Origin: Octopus sinensis
Lineage: Eukaryota
Length of the DNA: 64,000 nucleotides
Assembly: GCF_006345805.1 (NCBI RefSeq)
Contig: NC_043009.1
Coordinates: 25,854,001 to 25,918,000, forward strand
Direction: 5' to 3'
Below the pieces are notes generated by a model, which worked only from the letters and a program-made list of their open reading frames with translations, was not told where the DNA came from and did not search any database. The first letter of the stretch is position 1; the number at the start of each line of letters is the position of its first letter. Positions 12,491-26,196 of this stretch are shown here, piece by piece. The position numbers and the translations under genes were made by a program.

Positions 12491-12705
12491 AGCGGTGAGC
12501 TGGCAGAATCGTTAGCACGCTGGACGAACTGCTTAGCGGTATTTCGCCCGTTACTACGTTCTGATTTCAAATTCTACTGAGGTCGACTTTGCTTTCATCC
12601 TGTCGAGGTCGATAAATTAAGTACCAGTGAAACAATGGAGTCGATGTAATTGTCTAGTCCCCTCCCTCCAAATTTCAGGCCTTGTGTTTTTAGTAGAAAG
12701 GATTA
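11995..12705 (+). mobile_element. Three head-to-tail S2 SINE copies separated by (ATT)n
   Basis: Repeated GGCGAGCTGGCAGAATCGTTAGC...GTTCTGAGTTCAAATTC...GGGGTCGATGTA body at ~11995, 12245 and 12490. Confidence 0.85.
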
Positions 12706-13254
12706 TTATTGAGATAGCAATACATACTATCAAAGTGACACTGGGGTAAAATATACTCACGACTACTCGTCTGATAACGGTACCCCAGGTACATGCATCA
12801 CAACCATATGTGCGCGACATAGTGATCTCATATCATGATAAACAGCGCAGTTAGAATTTTCTTCTGGTCGAGTAGCGCTTCTTACTCAAAAGGTCCTGAA
12901 TAAAGTTTGTTTAAGGATGTTGAACAAAACACCCATGTTTCCAAAGGTGAATTATCAAAACCCCAAAGAATTCCTCTCAACACATGGCTACGACGCTCCC
13001 CCACTACTTCTGCTCATGATCAGCGATGCACATATCGTCAGCCACTAAGGGACATGCTCAACGGGTTATGGTCAAGCAAGTAACAAGTACATCTGTGGTA
13101 TTGAGCGCAATATTTGTTGTAGCTCATCTTTTATACAAAGACAAAACAATGTACATATTAACACTTCCAATCAGTTAAGATCAGAAGCCATGAGAACCAC
13201 TGCCTGGTACTACATCAGGGCATTTATTATTATTACTTTTATTGTTATTATTAG

Positions 13255-13457
13255 GGCGGCGAGCTGGCAGAATCATTAACACAACGCGCGAAATGCTTAG
13301 TGGTATTTCGTCTGTTGCTACGTTCTGAGTTCAAATTCCGCCGAGATCGACTTTGCCTTTCATTCTTTAGGGATCTATAAAATAAATACCAGTTGGGGTT
13401 GATGTAATCGACTCATTCGCACCTCCTCCAAGCTGACCTTAAGTCAAAAATTTGAAA
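13255..13457 (+). mobile_element. S2 SINE whose 3' end hosts the Helitron insertion
   Basis: GGGCGGCGAGCTGGCAGAATC head, ending AAAATTTGAAA. An AAT-rich tail resumes at 15919. Confidence 0.75.
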
Positions 13458-15918
13458 TCTATACTATAATGGAAAAAGCTGCTTATCAATTATGTAGCAA
13501 TTACTAAAAGTACTAAATGAAAGCAATTATTAAAGGACTGACCGTCTGGAAATATTTGTATAAATTCATGTTCTAAGAAATTGCCTATAATTTCGATTTC
13601 TGAAGTTTATTGAATTTTTTGACTCCAAATTCTCGAAAATTTAAATATTCATTGAATTCACTGCGTCCAATTCTTCATAAATTTAAATATTCATTGCATT
13701 CACTGCAGAATTTTTGTAAATTTTAATGTTTAATGATAAACACTATTAATTCGTTGCAGTCAACATTTTACATTTTTATTTGCATCAGTCTCTCATTCTC
13801 ATTGAATATGCAGGGAGACGACGACACGATTCTGTTTCCACTACACATAACCGACTGGTTAGGGTATCTCGAGAGGAGAATATTCTACTTCAAAATAATG
13901 GTGTCAGATCATAAATTGTTGAAGCAGCACTAAAGAGATCTTTTCTTTGCGATCTTGTGGAAATAGTGGAGTTGACAATCAATCTAAGACTTCGTACAAA
14001 TGGTCATTCTGATGAAAGAGAGTTTGCTAATTGCCTTTTTGATGTAGGAAATGACAACATTTCTGTTGAACAAAGCCTAGGTGAATTCAAAATCAAACTA
14101 CCCAATGACCCTTGCTTTGAAAGATCTATGTGATTTTGTATATGCTGACCTCAAAAATAACTCCACAAACCCTGTGTGGCTTGCAAATAGAACCATTGTT
14201 ATTCCGACAAACGAAGCAGCACAATTTGTGAATGATTTTCTTTTGACCAGGATCCCTGATGAGCTAAATATATACAGATGTTCATATGCAGTTGATAATG
14301 AAACTGTACCCAGTCGAGTTCATCAAAAAACTTACACCATCAGGGTTTCCACCACACATTCTCAAATTGAAGATAAAATGCAGCATAAAGTTTCTGAGGA
14401 ATTTAGATGCAACTAATGGACATTGCAATGGTACGCGCTACATCATTGTCAGTTTACATGATCATGTTATTGAGGTTGAGGTTGCTTCTGGTCCTTATGC
14501 AGGATCAACTCTGCTAATCCCAAGAATACCACATGTATCTCAAGAAATGGAATTTCCATTCATATTTACACGCAAACAATTTCCTGGAAAGCCAGCTTTT
14601 GCCTTGACATGCAACAAGGCAGAGGGACAGACTTTTGAACAAATTGGAATATATCTTCCGACACAATTCTTCTCACATGATCAGCTGTATGTTACATTAT
14701 CTAGAGTTTGAAAGAAGGCTAATATAAAAATATTGGCTGAGAGAAATGGAAACAATATGATTACTGACAATTGTGTCTACAAGGAAATACTGATTTAAAG
14801 CAAAATATGCTTTTTAGCAAGTTTCAGTAAATAGAATTAACACATAAATTATATGTAAAGTAACATATATTTGTGAGGAATTAAAATGTTTTGGAATATT
14901 TCAACACATGCCGAATGAATGATATCATTATATTAGACAGTTTTAAATTTGGGTATATATGAAAAGGCAAGGAAACGCTATTCCTATGTGTTCTCATAGC
15001 ACCAGACTTTTGTATCAATCTATCTATCTATCCACCTACCTGTTCATCCACTCATCTAAGTTCTACCAATTATTAACGGTAAATATATATATATAACAGA
15101 TTGACTCAGCTATATATCTACATATAAATTTCTGTTATGTCCGTTAGTTAGTCACACCGTCCGTAATAACCATATTATAGGTTTGACTCTCTGGAAATTT
15201 TTTATAAATTCGTCTGTTAATATATATCGATAAAAAAGCACTTTCGAGGCTTTCATTATTTCATTATTTACTATCACAAGTTTAGATATTTGTTGTCAAG
15301 CTTTTACGTTCACTGCAAAGTCGGTTTAACATTTGATAAACAATATTAATATGTTTTAGCAAAATTTTTCGTTTTCATTTGCAACATAGTCTCTCACTTT
15401 CTCTCTTTCCAGCCTCTAATTGCTTTCAGTAATAATAATTTACTTAATACATATTCATTGCAATTTTTTCATTTCAGATGAGGAAATCAAGTATTTTGTT
15501 GACTTAAATTCGCTTTTAAATTCCCTCAGTTTATTGTTTATACATACTGAAAATAAATTATATTGGACAACTTATTAAAACTTACTGAAGCGTCGAACTC
15601 ATGTGACTTATTTCCTTTCCGTCATTATCTAAGAATTAGCAAGTGAATTTGTTGCTATGGCTATTTGATACGATATAGGTATTAACATATCTCTATGTGA
15701 TCGCTGCTATTTTTTCGCACATTAAACATAGTTGGACTACCTTGATATTTGTTTAAAAAAGGGAGATTATAACTGTGATAAAATAATGAGCACTATAATG
15801 CAAGAAAATAATTAAACTTAAAATATCATAAAAATTATTTGAATTGGAAAAAAATCAAATGGGGATGTATAATCGAGTGGCTAGCAGAAAACTGTCCGGA
15901 GGGCGGTCTTTCTGCTAG
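13458..15918 (+). mobile_element. Internally deleted Helitron with both termini, carrying a Pif1-family helicase C-terminal remnant (~13900-14795)
   Basis: 5' A|TCTATACTATA. 3' hairpin ACTGTCC-GGA-GGGCGGT (15891-15907), then CTAG|T at 15915-15919. Translated motifs LRNLDATNGHCNGTRY, FALTCNKAEGQT, FSHDQLYVTLSRV. Confidence 0.88.
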
Positions 15919-15944
15919 TAATAAAAATAATAATAATTATTTTT

Positions 15945-16325
15945 ATTAGGGCGGTGAGCTGGCAGAATCGTTAGCACTCCAGATGAAATGCTTAGCAGTA
16001 TTTCGTCTGACGCTACGTTCCGAGTTCAAATTCTGCCGAGTTCGACGAGTACGTACCAGTGAAACAGTGGGATCGATGTAATCGGCTAGTTCCCGCCCCA
16101 AAATTTCAGCCCTTGTGCCTTTAATAGAAAGGATTATTAATTATTATTATTATTAGGGCGGCGATCTGGCAGAATCGTCAACACCTGTGTTCAAATTTCG
16201 CCGAGGTTGACTTTGCCTTTCACCCTTTCGGGGTCGATAAATTAAGTACCAGTTGAATACTAGGGTCGATGTGATCAACTATCTCCATAAAATCTAGGCC
16301 TTATGCATCCAGTAGAAAGGATTAT
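15945..16325 (+). mobile_element. Two tandem S2 SINE copies with tail type B ending AGAAAGGATTAT
   Basis: S2 head and body, with tail AAATTTCAGCCCTTGTGCCTTTAATAGAAAGGATTATT. Confidence 0.8.
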
Positions 16326-16946
16326 CCTTATTATCCATCGCTACAGTCGTCATGTTATTACTCAAGATTTTGACAGGTGTCAATCATAAACGACAAGATC
16401 GATCGCAATGGCACGCTAATGTGTCAAGAAAATCTTTATTCTTTGTTTTATGCTGTATTGAAATTGTTATTTTTAAAACGAGGAATTTGTCTGGGAGTGA
16501 AGTTATGAGATTTAAAATCAGTAAGATTTGTTTGGTCTTCACAGAATTTGCCATTCCTGTTTGGAATTGAAAGCAATCTTTCTCTGGAATCCTAGCATCA
16601 TTTTGACATTTTTCTTCCTTTCTGTGTTTGTATATATTTATGTATGTGTATATATATATCGTGAACGCTCACGCACACCCACATACATATGCACACATGA
16701 ATGTATGCACGTTTATGCATGCATGTGTGACAGCATGTATATATGTATCTATATTTGCATATATGTATGCGTATATGACTGTATATATATATACACACAC
16801 ACACACACAAACATTTAGATATGTTATGTATGCATTTATATAGATATGTATTACACACATAGGTTGTGATATTTATGTATGCGTGTGCGTGTATATATGT
16901 ACCTAATTTGTAAGTGCGCATGTCTATTTACATCTGTATGTGTTTT

Positions 16947-16976
<30 letters not shown>

Positions 16977-16979
<3 letters not shown>

Positions 16980-17268
16980 GGCCCAGTGGTTAGGGCAGCG
17001 GACACGCGGTCGTAGGATCGCGGTTTCGATTCCCAGACCGGGCATTGTGAGTGTTTATTGAGCGAAAACACCTAAAGCTCCACGAGGCTCCGGCAGAGGG
17101 TGGTGGCGATCCCTGCTGTACTCTTTCGCCGCAACTTTCTCACACTTTCTTCTGTTGGCCTGCTCGCTTAGCCAGCGGAGTGGCGTCATTTGAAGGCTAA
17201 AACAATGCGAAGCGCATTGTGACCAGCGATGTGTAGCAACATCCGATGGTCTGGTCGGTCACGGTGAT
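16977..17268 (+). mobile_element. tRNA-derived SINE (family S3, tail variant b)
   Basis: Same head as 7711 but a different 3' half ending GGTCGGTCACGGTGAT(AT)n. A tail-only copy lies at 26523-26630. Confidence 0.8.
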
Positions 17269-17655
17269 ATATATATATATAAACTCAGTTTTATAAAGAT
17301 GTATCTATGTGTTGAACAAGTTGAATGTATGCATGGATAAATATATGTACCAGTTTATAAATATAGAATATCTATGTATGTATAATACGAGTAAAATACT
17401 AAAATGTGTACCTCTATGTACGGTATGGAGGTACTTTGTCTGTGTGTGTGTATATGTGGTTTTTTAGTTCTGTAGTTGTATAATTGTATGTGTAAGTGTA
17501 TGGTATAAGCACGCAAATATCCGGTAGTTAATTACTATAATGTATACCGGTAATACACAAACATATTCACAGAAATAGATTATATAGATACATGTACATA
17601 CATACACATATAGACACTTACATATATACATTCTTACTTTCTCTCCATATAAATT

Positions 17656-17687
<32 letters not shown>

Positions 17688-17799
17688 GTACGTTTATCGA
17701 TAGGTTCAGCGATCGAAAGCACTCAATACTTTTAAGATTTATGAAAGCAGTTTATAAGTAATAACTTATAAAGCTTCGGAAAACAACTCAAGTTTTATG

Positions 17800-18310
17800 T
17801 TCGATACTTTATTTAACATGGCTGAGACTGGAGCTCCGTCAGTTACTTCAACCACAAGGCTATCTCGGTGTATTTAAATTATGGCTGGTGATAATACAAA
17901 AGAATGCAATGTTTTTTAGTAAATGTAAATAGTATGATAGCGATGGTAATTCAGATTTATAGAAGTCTAAGACGAGTTCCTTGGGTCGTTAAAAATGATG
18001 TTGACTGAACAAAGTAAAGCTAAGTACAATGTATATAATATTTCAAGAAGTCTAAATGTGCCTTAAATGTTCTATTGTTGTAGGTGTTGTGAGTGAGCGG
18101 AAAGTTAGACCTAAGTTCCTTAAACGATTTTGAGGGGGTGTTATCTGACAGAGGTGTTCATATATGCATGGCGTTGATGTGCATAGTGAAATTTAATTGT
18201 AGGTAAAGTTGAAAGAAGCAAGTGGAAAGATGGGAGAGTACAACTGTGGACTGCACATTTGGTGTTGGTGGGACTTTCCAGTTCAATAGGAGGATTTTAT
18301 CAGCGTGAAC
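17800..18310 (-). pseudogene. Possible highly decayed Penelope-like endonuclease remnant
   Basis: Weak translated similarity only (FKAHLDFLKLY; FNDPRN) next to a (TA)n tract. Confidence 0.25.
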
Positions 18311-18649
18311 ACACCACATGATTACTTTTTTTAAAATTCATATACTTATTGAAGTGCATTAACGAAAGCAAGTTTTTGTATATATATATTTACGTATGCA
18401 TGCATGCATACACATAAACACTCGAATGGCTTGTATACTTTATATAAATATACATCACGTACATAAAACATACATGTATATACATATGTACACAAAATAC
18501 ACACACAAGCGCATACAATATATATGCATATGATTATGAATATATATATACATATACGCATATATACATGCATATATACGCTACATATAAGTTTGGAAAG
18601 CTAAGCGTATTAATTATGCAGTGTCTGACTGTTTTAATGGTGTTTCGTG

Positions 18650-18715
<66 letters not shown>

Positions 18716-19307
18716 GTAATGGCATCTGATATTTACTCAACACATATCCCCATACGAACACGGAGACATATATCCATGCATAGCAAAAATTAAGCAATAC
18801 ATATGTATATGTACACACATATACAAAAACAGATGTACACACGCATATATATATATATACGTACGTATACATACCTACACACGCACATTCATACGCAAAT
18901 GAAAACCGAAGCGTATTAATTATACAGTGTCTGGTTTTCACGTTTTAATGACGGTTGAATATTTTTGCAACTGTTGTTGTCTTGCTTTCGATATTACTTT
19001 TAGCGAAGCCTTGCGTATTATAAATTCATTAATTCATTCGTTAATTCATTTCAGTTAGACGACAACAACAACAAATACTAAATACTACATCTATTACATG
19101 AAGCACAACCGCAACAGCAACACCTTTAGAATTGGTTACAAGGTTAAAAGACAAAAAAAAAAAATGTAACCGGATGCAGTAAACAAAGTAAGCATCGTCG
19201 AAATTAAGAGATGTTTCAGAATCGTTATTGTGTATCAACACATTGATACATCGCCACAAAAATCACACACACACACACACACACATTTTATATTTACACC
19301 CACCCAC

Positions 19308-19640
19308 CTGTGGCAAGGAGTTTGCTTCCCAGCCACATGGTCCCGGGTTCATTCCCACTACACGGCATTTAATCGACTCGAGGCAACTATAGCCTTGAAC
19401 TGACCAAAGCATTGTGAGTGGATTTAGTAGGCGGAAACTGAAATAATCCCGTCGTGTGTGTGTGTGTCCCATTCAGCACCGCATGTTGGTGTGCTTATAC
19501 GCCCTTACTTAGCGGTTTGGCAAAAAGACACCGATAGTATTAGTACCGGGCTTCAAAATAGGTACTGTGGTCGATTCCTTCGACTAAAAATTCTTCAAGG
19601 CCCGATACCCCAGCATGGCCATAATCAGACGACTCAAACA
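19308..19640 (+). mobile_element. S1 SINE, diverged
   Basis: Aligns to the 48761 copy (CCACATGGTCCCGGGTTCA; GTGAGTGGATTT; CAGCATGGCC). Confidence 0.75.
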
Positions 19641-19743
19641 TGTATTAAAAGGCGAGTGTGTGTATACTTCATATATATATATTGATAGAAATGGTAAGAC
19701 AACAAAAGAATGAAAGAGACCTCGATATTATGTAAATGGAGGA

Positions 19744-19798
<55 letters not shown>

Positions 19799-19806
19799 AA
19801 TATATA

Positions 19807-19858
<52 letters not shown>

Positions 19859-20369
19859 AATAATATATAAATATATGCATATATACATACATATATGTAC
19901 ATACCTATATATGTATGTGAATATACATGTATATATAGGTACAGGACAAAAAATGTGAACAACATGAGAAATGATAACATAGAAAACAAAAACATGGCAA
20001 ACGACCTTTTTTTCGAACAACGAAAGAAACAAATAGTGAAACGAGAGAGGCAACATGAAGAACATTCCCTTCATGAGTTGTCCCCTGTTTTATCTACATC
20101 GCGTTTCACACACACGCATAAATATTACAGGAGTTATTAGCTGCTTATTACCTAATAGTTATATATGTGCATACACACAGTTTTATCAATATGCGTATAT
20201 GTATAGATATGAATATATATGCATGTTTCTATTTATGTAGAGGCTCATATGTTTATATATATTGATTTCCAACATGTTAGATATCCCGAGGGATGCAGGA
20301 AATGTAAAACATGTTTCATGTCAGCCGTGATGCATGTGATGTATTTTAAACATCTATTAATCAATGGTA

Positions 20370-20546
20370 TATAGATAGATAGATAATTAGATAGATAGAT
20401 AGATAGATAATTAGATAGATAGATAAAGATAGATAGATAGATAATTAGATAGATAGATAGATAGATAAAGATAGATAGATAGATAGATAATTAGATAGAT
20501 AGATAAAGATAGATAGATAGATAATTAGATAGATAGATAGATAGAT

Positions 20547-20587
<41 letters not shown>

Positions 20588-20698
20588 GATAGATAGATAG
20601 ATATAGAGATAGATAGATAGATAGATAGATAGATATAGAGATAGATAGATAGATAGATAGATATAGAGATAGATAGATAGATAGATAGATAGATATAG

Positions 20699-20729
<31 letters not shown>

Positions 20730-20758
20730 GATAGATAGATAGATATAGAGATAGATAC

Positions 20759-20797
<39 letters not shown>

Positions 20798-20912
20798 CAG
20801 AGATAGATAGAGATAGATAGACAGAGATAGTTAGATAGATAGACAGAGATAGTTAGATAGATAGACAGAAATAGTTAGATAGATAGACAGAAATAGAGAT
20901 AGATAGATAGAT
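20370..20912. repeat. (GATA)n microsatellite with variant units
   Basis: Read directly from the sequence. Confidence 0.95.
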
Positions 20913-21086
20913 AGGAAAGCCATCTTTTTTCTATCGAGGGATTATATGCCCCTTTATTAGACTATTTTCCTAAGTCATTGCACGGTGATAGCCACAAGCT
21001 ATAAGCTCACATAAAAATGCGATTATTATTATTATTTACATGATCGTAAAATACGGCACCGTATAACAAAACAATTCACACCGAAA

Positions 21087-21133
<47 letters not shown>

Positions 21134-21223
21134 CACACACACGCAAATACGCGCACATACATACACACACATACATATCCCCCCACACGCACGCACATAC
21201 ATACACACATACATACATACATA

Positions 21224-22620
21224 GTAGCAGAGGTACTCGGCATTGCCTGAGATTGAAATTTTTTCTTACATATTGGAAAAATAACAATAATAATAAACGA
21301 AAATATAAAATTTACCATTTTTATGAAAGGAAATAAATTCTACCACATATGTCGAATGAAATTATGTAATCTGGGTAAACAACACTGTTTTCTAGTTTAG
21401 AGCATAGACAAATCTTCCAAACTACCTACACTGGAGTAACCAGCATAAAGGTCACCATTAGAAAAGCAAGCCAGTAGATTTCAAAGACTGACCTTGAGCT
21501 TTATTAATAGACTTTGCAAAGCAAAGTCATTTGAATTCAAAGAGCATGTCTGTTGGTTTGATTGGAGTTCTTGGAACGAAAATCTCTTCCCCAGAGGCAC
21601 GTCCAGTGATGATTGTAGCTTCTGTCACATCAGGTGATAATGTCTTCACAATCAATATTGTCCCATTGCATAATTTAGGAGGACCTAAATTTCTTAGAAG
21701 CATTATTGGGACTTCAACCTTCCGAAAAAGTTTATGTGGAGGAATTCCAGGTGGCTCAAGAGAATTAAGGAACTCTGTTGGGTAATGGACAGTTTGATTG
21801 TCATGAAGGACTGAATTAACGGATTTGTACTTCTTAATGACTATTAGAATCTTATTCATTAATTCATGGTTCATTCTCGCTACTGTCTCATTGCTTGAAT
21901 TAAGAATTGCCCTTTCACAACCATTTACGTGAATTATAATTATTACTTAAGTCTGGCAATACACTGTTCTTCAGTTGAGCTGGGGAATTCATCATGATAG
22001 CATATTGAGACAAACTGATATCATCATTCCCATCAAATGGTACTTTCCCATTTCCTAACTGGAAGAGGCAGGTTGGAAACTGTTTTGCACATTGGTCCCC
22101 ATGTAATGAAGCTGGCACGTTAGTATTGAAGGAAAATTTCAGTACTTTATTCCATGAGACTTCATCAGATCTTGTTCGTCTCAGAATGACTGGTAATGTC
22201 TGCCTGAAGTCTCCTGATAAAATAAATGTAACTTCTCCCATAGTTTTATTGTTGCCTCTGATGTCTTGAAAAGTCTTACCAAGAACTTCCATTGCACCTC
22301 TATGTAACATGGTGCATTCATCTCAAATCATAAGGTGGCATTAGCACAAACAGTTCTGCTGAACCTAAATCTTTGCTTATGTTACAAATTAGACTGTCAT
22401 TTGTGACCAGGTTTAGGGGCAATTTAAAAGCAGAATGAACTGTTCGCCCTTCTGTGAGAATGGTTACAGCAAAGCCAGACAATGGTACAGCAACTGCAAT
22501 TTTTTTTTGTTGCCTTACTTTGGAGAGAAGTAATGTTACAAATGTCTTACGTGTGTCACCAGGAGCATCAAGAAAGAAAATTCCTCAGCTTTTTTCTAAC
22601 GATTGTGGAACGCCGCCCGC
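21224..22620 (-). mobile_element. Helitron 3' portion with decayed Pif1 helicase
   Basis: Decayed Walker A FLDAPGDTRKT, plus GRTVHSAFKLP, LSGDFRQTLPV, LLRNLGPPKLCNGT and INKAQGQSL. The 3' end on - has hairpin CTCAGGCAATGCCGAG, then CTAC|T at 21224 (canonical is CTAG). Confidence 0.85.
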
Positions 22621-22621
22621 C

Positions 22622-22665
<44 letters not shown>

Positions 22666-22682
22666 CAAACACATAAAATGGA

Positions 22683-22734
<52 letters not shown>

Positions 22735-24180
22735 TGAAGGGGTGTGTTGTCATATATACGTACATACAAAAATAATAGGCGTATATTTTTCTTGTATGTA
22801 TGTGTGCGTGAGAGAGAGAGAGTCCCATCACTCTCCCTTTCTCACACGCATAAATACATACAGAAAAGATGTAAGCATATGTATTTATGTACGTACGGAT
22901 ACAGGACAACACATCCCTTCACTCTCTCTCTCACACACACACATACACATACACAATATATAAGTGTGTGCAAACGTACTTGCAAAAACACGTATGCATG
23001 TGTAACTTATAAATACATAGAGCTGAACACAGAGTGAAAAAGAAAATAAAAAATTTTTTTACGTAAATAAACGAAGTGTGCGAGAGAGAGAGTATTGCGA
23101 ACAATGAATGGGATGGACATAGAATGAAATAAACGTATAAATAAAAGCACGTTGAAAAGTGACTTGTACCGAATATCTAAATTTGTGATCTTAGTAAATA
23201 TTTCTTTCAGTAATTTATCGTAGTTGTTTGTAAATAGCGAAATGAAAACATTAAAATTTAGACAGGGACAGACTTCGCCATTTCTATGTCAATACCGGAA
23301 GTTGACACTGGGAAACCTTTTTAAAGAAGTGAATCTAATGAATAATTTGACCTCGGACATATTATAAGGTCTTTATTTGATTTTTTAATTAATTTTTTTA
23401 AAAATAAAAAGTATTGCTTTTTATATTCTATTCACGTCTTTCAAAGATTTTAATATTTTACTTCCGGTTTCCTAGCGTCAGTGACCTAACATATCTCTTT
23501 ATGTATATCTCTCTATCCATCTCTCTCTCTCTCTCTCTCTAACATATCTCTCTATATCTCTTGTCTTCACTTTCATTATACAGACCCTATTCTTTTCACT
23601 TTCACTTTTCATACGCCATTGTTTGACTTCTATGTTTTTGTTTTTACTGTAAGTCTAAGTTTTGAATCGCTACTTACTAACAAACAACGACAAATTACTG
23701 ACAGAAACAGGTTTACAATTACTGATGTAAGTAATTTCATAATATACTGACAGAAGTATCTTCCTAAATTTCACTTCAATCCGTACGGTCTTGTGTTTTG
23801 CTGTTGTTGATTGCTTCTTTCGGGTTCCTTCCAGACAGAAAGAGTGACAAATTTCCCTTCAACCCCTGCAATACTTTCTCTTCTGTAAAAATTTCTTATT
23901 TACTTTCTGCCCGGCGTATTAAGAACTACAGATTTCTGCCCCCACCAACACAATATCCATGATCATAACTTTCAGAATTACTATTTTATTCGGTTCAGTA
24001 ATGTTTATAAAAAAATTAAATAAAGACCCTATGATATATCCGAGGTCATATTATTCATGCATCAGAAGTATGGAAGTAATTGGTGAAACCGTTTTCGCAT
24101 GAAAAGTGAATACGCACACATCTCTATGTTATATATATATATACACATACAAACGCACATGCATACACACACACATATAT

Positions 24181-24450
24181 ACTCACATGCATATATGGGT
24201 ACAGGACATCACCAAGCAGTAAACAACATGAAATACGAAAGCAAATGTGTTCAATACGCAAACAACGAGAGAAACAAATGGAAAATAGGACAAGTAACAC
24301 AAAGAACGACCCTTCGTCAGTTGTCGGCTGTCTATCTACTCCTGTTTTCCATTTGTTTCTCTCTCGTTTGCGTATTGAACTCATTTGCTTTCGTATTTCA
24401 TGTTGTTTACTGTTTGGTGACGTCCTGTACCCATATAAGCAAGTGTGAGT
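24181..24450. repeat. Foldback: ~110-bp inverted arms around a ~50-bp spacer, next to TA microsatellite
   Basis: Arm 24181-24290 (TATGGGTACAGGAC...GGAAAATAGGA) is the reverse complement of 24340-24450. A related terminus lies at 19925-20110. Confidence 0.85.
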
Positions 24451-24522
24451 GTGTAATATATATTATTTATATTATTATTTAATTAAACGCCACGCATCCA
24501 TTTCCAAGTAAGTTTATATATG

Positions 24523-24562
<40 letters not shown>

Positions 24563-24644
24563 TGGTATATATAACACTTATACATACAATACAACCGCAC
24601 AACTTCTGTGCATATACATGATACACATCCATCCCCCACACACG

Positions 24645-24685
<41 letters not shown>

Positions 24686-25254
24686 CGACTTACAAAGTAC
24701 ATATAATATGTTACAGTGTTTAACTATAAAGCCTATTAAGCAGCATCCCTATATTATCAATATTTACATTGTAATATTCATTCGCACACCCACAAGCAGT
24801 TGCAACAAGTAAAGCGATATGAAACAACACAATATTAAAAAAACCCCAAAAAACTACAACGAAAAACATTAGCAGACGACACAAATACTTTCCCGAATAT
24901 CATACAAAATAGACAGTTAGTAATTGAAGAAATACTGAAACTGAATAAAATTAACATGCAGACAACATATTCTGGTCTGTATCAATCAAGTTGGGTCATG
25001 TCAGCTGTAAGGAGTCCGCAATACTCACCAGCTTCAGATCATCTTAAAGATGAGAATGTGAAAATGTAGAAATGTTGATAATAGATTTAAGAAATTTAAT
25101 GTTAATTGCCAACAAACTGCGACGAACTTATACGAAAGTATAAATAAAAGCATGGTAAAAATGAATGGTAAACCTTGAAAGCAACCATGTTTTAATATGC
25201 TTAAAATAATAGCTGCACAGCAGAGTTCAACATCAATCTGTGCCAAGCGGCTTT

Positions 25255-25318
25255 ACTTTGCGTGTTTTAGCTTCGTTATTATGGCAACAGTCCGGGTACT
25301 TATTGATCAGACCTAGTA
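25255..25318 (-). mobile_element. Solo mariner terminus of the 11060 family
   Basis: Reverse complement TACTAGGTCTGATCAATAAGTACCCGGACTGTTGCC matches the TIR at 11058. Confidence 0.75.
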
Positions 25319-25322
25319 TGTA

Positions 25323-25369
<47 letters not shown>

Positions 25370-25946
25370 GGAAAATATTACTTCGATCGTCCCGTAGGAT
25401 AGTGATCTAATTTAAATAAATGGTGATTTTGTCTTGTCTGCTTCAGTGATCAATTATATCGATAATATTCGATACGAGTAACAACAAGCATTACAAATTT
25501 TAAAAAAATGTTTCTACACCTCCTTGTTGAATATTTGTATAAATTTGAATTCATGAAGGTAGTTAAATAATGTTTTCTTAAATAAAGACTTGTTTTGCTA
25601 AAATATTTAATCAAACTCATTATGCCTTAAAGCGAAAACAGTTAAGATGGTTGCCTTTGCTTCATAAAAAGGAAATACTACTACTACTGCTACTACTACT
25701 ACTGTACACTGACCATAACATTAATAGGAATGGATGTGTGGTTAAGATGCTTGTTTTGCAACCATGTGATTTCTGGTTCAGTCTTACCTTGGCCAAGTGT
25801 CTACCATATCCTCAGGTCGACTAATGCCCTTGTGAGTGAATTTGGTTGACGGAAACTGTAAGGAAGCCTGTCGTGCAGAATATATATACACATACACAAA
25901 CAAGTAGACACACTTCGGTATTAATACTACCTTTATCGCTAATATA

Positions 25947-25999
<53 letters not shown>

Positions 26000-26038
26000 A
26001 ACATTCATCAGACACAAACTACTATATATATGCGATTT

Positions 26039-26093
26039 GGGCCTGATGAATATTTTTGAGGTATTTCTCAACATATGAAACTATTAGTAGCAC
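26039..26093 (+). ncRNA. Type I hammerhead ribozyme candidate inside a ~145-bp element flanked by (TA)n
   Basis: GGGC-CTGATGA-ATATTTTTGAG/CTCAACATAT-GAAA-CTATTAGT-A-GCAC. Core and GUA triplet intact; one mismatch in stem I. Confidence 0.6.
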
Positions 26094-26137
26094 ATAATAA
26101 TATTTATCTCCACCAGATGGAGTACTTTTCTGTTGAT

Positions 26138-26196
<59 letters not shown>

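Noticed and set aside
12725-13225. Unclassified interspersed-repeat-like segment; considered as an HDV-like ribozyme
   Set aside because: I could not assign P1/P1.1/P3 pairings by eye, and it is single copy in the window so it cannot be classified here.
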